From Octopus sinensis (taxonomy: Eukaryota): a stretch of 12,096 bases of DNA. The DNA lies in assembly GCF_006345805.1 (NCBI RefSeq), contig NW_021826887.1, positions 1 through 12,096 of the forward strand. Direction: 5' to 3'. Below, piece after piece: positions 7,958 to 12,096 of the stretch (positions within the stretch are counted from its first letter, which is position 1; each line of letters begins with the position of its first letter). The position numbers and the translations under genes are program-made. A model generated the notes under the pieces. The model was given only the letters and a program-made list of their open reading frames with translations. It made no database searches and was not told the origin of the DNA.

Positions 7958-7984
7958 TATATGATATATATATATATATATATA
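7846..7984. repeat. (TA)n microsatellite, interrupted
   Basis: Direct read. Confidence 0.95.
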
Positions 7985-8063
7985 TTGCAATGAAAAGGAG
8001 CAAACGAAGCAAAATATATGAAAATATATTGAGATTTATGTTCTGACTTATGTACGCAGTACG

Positions 8064-8369
<306 letters not shown>

Positions 8370-8579
8370 CGCGTTGAGATAGAACAAGAAAGGGAATAAA
8401 CAGAGGGTGACACGCACAAAAGGACATAGCGGCAACGGATCGGCTAATTTTGCACAATTCGCAAATAATGAGATCGGAACAAAAGACGCACTGTCAACAA
8501 TTGAGTTGCACCGTAGGACGCCATTTTAAATCATGTAGAAAATATGCAACAAAGGAAAGTATAATGATTTCTTTTTACA

Positions 8580-8602
8580 GTACATACATCCATTATATAA
8601 AT

Positions 8603-8658
<56 letters not shown>

Positions 8659-8917
8659 ATATAATAGCATATATATATACATATGCATATATATATACGT
8701 ATGCATATATATAGATAGATAGATGTAGATATATATGCATATATATATATAGATATGTATATATCTATATATATGCATATATATACATATATTTATGCAT
8801 ATAAATACACATACATATACGTATACATATATATATATATACATTTATATACATATACATATACATTTATATATATATATATGCATACGCACACACATAT
8901 ATTTGTATGTATGTATG

Positions 8918-8968
<51 letters not shown>
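8580..8968. repeat. Long compound (TA)/(TACA)/(TG) microsatellite
   Basis: Direct read. It explains the ORFs between 8450 and 9054. Confidence 0.95.
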
Positions 8969-8971
<3 letters not shown>

Positions 8972-9249
8972 GTCACTCCTAGCAATAGGAAACAGCCGAT
9001 TGACTGGATATCGATATGTATTCTATAGAATCTAGATATATTTAATTGGTCCATACATTCTGGGTGAAAATGTCACGTCCCTCCACTGACGTTATGGCGC
9101 GAAACTACAATCTATCAACCGTATTAGTAGGTTCTTCTTTCATCGCCTGTGGCTTCTAATTCACAGATTTTGTGTGTGGATCTGTAGGTATGAATGAAAT
9201 ATATAGTTGCCTGTGCGTGCTTGTAAGAGCATATGTCTGTGAGTACGTG

Positions 9250-9292
9250 TGTATATACGTACATGTATAATATATATATATAGTAGATAGAT

Positions 9293-9385
<93 letters not shown>
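9250..9385. repeat. (TA)n then (GATA)n microsatellite
   Basis: Direct read; roughly 25 GATA units from about 9284. Confidence 0.97.
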
Positions 9386-9386
<1 letters not shown>

Positions 9387-10414
9387 ATTATACTTGTATT
9401 CAGTTTGTCATGAATAAAAAAGAATAGAGTACTCAACACTTGGTACAGAGTATATTACACATATATACAAGCAAAGCACACACGATCACAGACAGAAGTA
9501 CACCGACAAATATATATATAATAGATATGATATATATTTTATGTGTGTGTTTGTGTGTTTATAAAGCAGACACAGCTTTGGTCCATACTTTTTTAATACT
9601 GCGCAAACGAAGGCACAGTAGTTTCAAACTGAGTGTGGAGGAAAATCTGTATTTATTATATATTTTTCATTTTAGTGCGTGAGGTTTTCAAGGCTTGTAC
9701 TTATATATAATGTGTCCCACATTATTAGTTAAATCAACCTTCTCTCAATAAATAAATGCATATTCGTTCAAAACCAGTTGTTTTCCCACTGACCTTTGGT
9801 AACACCTATCTGCATCCTCGTTTTCCTAACATTGTTTAACGTGTGTCCACGCTTTCATTCTTCGTTATCAGTGATGATGTTTACTACGTTTCTATTACTT
9901 CAAGTTTCATGACGGATAGATATTCATCAGCTAGTACAATATCGCAAGATTTCTTGAATCCAGATTTAAGACTGGGTTTTCGTTGGGTAGGGTTATCTTC
10001 ACGTTGTGTTATGAATGTTTGGCAAAATAATCAGAAATTTACTGGGAAGAATCCTTTTCCGCGACTGCATTTTTATATTAAATAATCTCTATAAGAGACA
10101 GAAGTAGTTATTATACCGAGAAGAAATGCTTATCATCACATCAATACGGCTCTTCTGCAGGAATCGACGTTACTACCGTTTGTAACCCCAAGAGGAGTCT
10201 CCTCCAGCTGGCTATCGATGTAATTTGTACCTATCATATATTACAAGCAAGGAGGTGTACACCTACCATCTTCTAGCAATAGCTGATTGCATTTTTTTTT
10301 TACGTATATGGTACTTCTCTATTTTGTAAAGTTAGCATTGCCTTAACACATTTATTGCGGGCAATTATGTTTCATTGTTGTACGTAGAGTCATAACATCG
10401 TTCATTCACTTACA

Positions 10415-10510
10415 GTGTGTTATATACATATATACAGTGTGTATATATATACATATATATATATATATATACACTTACATACACAGACACATACATATAT
10501 GTATGTATGT
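10415..10510. repeat. (TA)/(TACA) microsatellite
   Basis: Direct read. Confidence 0.93.
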
Positions 10511-10760
10511 CTGACCACGTGACCGACCGGTCTATCAGGTGGTGTTACACATCGCTAGTCACAATGCGCTTTACAACGTTTTGGTCTTTGAACGATGCTA
10601 CCGCGTTGGATAAACAAGCTGGTCAACATTCATCTTGAACGAAAGGGGGACTGGAGAAACGTGAAATGAAGAGTTTTGCTCAAGAACACAACGCACCACT
10701 CGGTCAGAGAATCGAACCCACGATCTAACGATCGTGAGTGTAACAGCCTGATGCTTGCTA
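10511..10760 (-). mobile_element. SINE family 2 copy (tRNA-like head and core at about 10640-10760; 10511-10625 is probable tail or a second fragment)
   Basis: Minus-strand B-box GGTTCGATTC at 10709-10718 and core GTGTTCTTGAGCAA at 10676-10689, homologous to 4808-4850. The downstream part is assigned by position and recollection only. Confidence 0.7.
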
Positions 10761-10791
10761 CTCTGAATTTCATCTGCAATTGCACAAGATC

Positions 10792-10794
<3 letters not shown>

Positions 10795-10823
<29 letters not shown>
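10795..10823. repeat. (TA)n microsatellite
   Basis: Direct read. Confidence 0.95.
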
Positions 10824-10825
<2 letters not shown>

Positions 10826-11348
10826 GGCAATGGTTCAACGAGTAGAAAAGCACGCGATCAGCTTAGAGAGTAAAGATAGTGTTAAAATAATTTTCTGGTC
10901 GAAATAATAATTTATTTCGCCATTTATCAAGTTTAGAACAAGACCGTTTGTCAGTTCTCTTTTGAGAAGACAACGTTTAAACAAGAGACGCTGGTAAAAA
11001 AAAATAAAAAATCAGAAGACAAAAAGGAAAAAACAAGGGAGATAACCAACTTTACAACAATTAGATGTCAAGCAGAGATGTTGACAAGATAGTAATGGTT
11101 TACAAAGTGTCTGCTGGTCAACTTTTCAATTCAAACAAGTTATATTTCTTCAAATGCAGACATACAGAAAAGCATCGTTCTAGGAATTGATATATTCGTT
11201 GGAGTCTCTTACGCTTTTTAAGAGATACATTTATTATAACTTTACATATAATATGAAATTCACTCTGCTCTACCTACCAAATGCATATAACTCAAATTGA
11301 ATGTCTTCGAATCTATTTTCTTTCCTTAGCTCATTCATTCGCAACATC

Positions 11349-11472
11349 ATACATACATACTACATACATACATACATACATACATATATAATATATATAT
11401 ATATATATAATATATATAATATTATATATATATCTAATATATATATATTATATAATATATATATAATAAAAT
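11349..11472. repeat. (TACA)n then interrupted (TA)n
   Basis: Direct read. Confidence 0.93.
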
Positions 11473-11647
11473 ATATGTTACAATTACTCAATAGTCAAGA
11501 TGAAACTCTGAGGTGAGATGCCGAAGTGGAAATCCACAACACATCTCTTCGGTTATCTGGCCAGATAACCGAGAGATGGTGTTGTATTTCCACTTCGGCA
11601 TCTGAAACTCAGAGTTTTATCTTGACTATTGAGTAATTGTAACATAT
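11473..11647. mobile_element. 175-bp spacerless palindrome, probable MITE or fold-back element 1
   Basis: Perfect 29-bp terminal inverted match (11473-11501 / 11619-11647), perfect 18-bp inner match (11516-11533 / 11586-11603) and perfect 12-bp arms at the centre TCTGG|CCAGA. It is non-coding and sits in TA-rich flanks. Confidence 0.75.
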
Positions 11648-11722
11648 TTTTTATAGATAAATTTCCTTATTACATAATATTGAGGTCTCTTTTTTTTCTT
11701 TTGTTATCTTACCGTTTTTCCC

Positions 11723-11756
<34 letters not shown>

Positions 11757-11758
11757 AT
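11723..11758. repeat. (TA)n microsatellite
   Basis: Direct read. Confidence 0.93.
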
Positions 11759-11798
11759 ACTGGAATATTTACTTTGAAGCATTGTGTAGAATATATTG

Positions 11799-11998
11799 TA
11801 TAAAGGATCGTGGCCAAGGCCAGAACGATGCGAAGTAAATGCGAGGCAAATCACAAGAAAACTAATATATGGATTAATGTAGACTTGCCTTGCGTTCAAT
11901 ATTCGGGGTACTGAATGCAGGCAAGCCTACATTAATTCATACATTTGATTTGCCTTGCATTTACTTCGCATTTTCTGGTCTTCCCTCGATCCGTTATA
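11799..11998. mobile_element. 200-bp imperfect inverted repeat, probable MITE or fold-back element 2
   Basis: Termini TATAAAGGATCG / CGATCCGTTATA; arms 11828-11853 and 11946-11971 match at 25 of 26 bases; inner arms 11869-11901 / 11909-11940 surround a TTCGGGG loop; TA at both ends. Confidence 0.72.
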
Positions 11999-12000
11999 TA

Positions 12001-12094
<94 letters not shown>

Positions 12095-12096
12095 AT
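11995..12096. repeat. (TA)n microsatellite running to the window end
   Basis: Direct read. Confidence 0.97.

Noticed and set aside
8447-8530. Minus-strand AAAATGGCG start ([26 protein letters not shown]) as a first exon or YY1 site
   Set aside because: It is short, has no strong donor and no promoter context, and such motifs occur by chance.
10900-10919. Small hairpin CGAAATAA-TAAT-TTATTTCG
   Set aside because: An 8-bp AT-rich stem is expected by chance, and there is no associated gene to terminate or regulate.
11278-11350. Minus-strand MMLRMNELRKENRFEDIQFELYAF followed by GTAGGT, faintly like a BTB N-terminus
   Set aside because: It starts inside a TATG microsatellite right after an in-frame stop, and no continuing BTB sequence (the HR/K-x-VL motif) is found downstream.

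Overview
AT-rich eukaryotic DNA that is essentially non-coding (intronic or intergenic). About a fifth to a quarter is microsatellite or low-complexity sequence. The rest is mostly tRNA-derived SINEs of several families, two fold-back (MITE-like) elements near the right end, one degenerate ~63-bp minisatellite and a few unique islands. The repeat landscape looks like a coleoid cephalopod, probably Octopus; this is recalled from memory and not verified by search. Nearly all ORFs in the track are translations of simple repeats. I recognise no protein family and see no rRNA, true tRNA or CRISPR array, so there is no support for a novel protein-coded system. The best unexplained structure is one SINE family that forms head-to-tail dimers and trimers with fixed breakpoints in its tRNA-like head; two of these arrays are enclosed by a single 12-bp direct repeat. 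Weak, hand-picked exon chains exist on both strands and are reported at low confidence.
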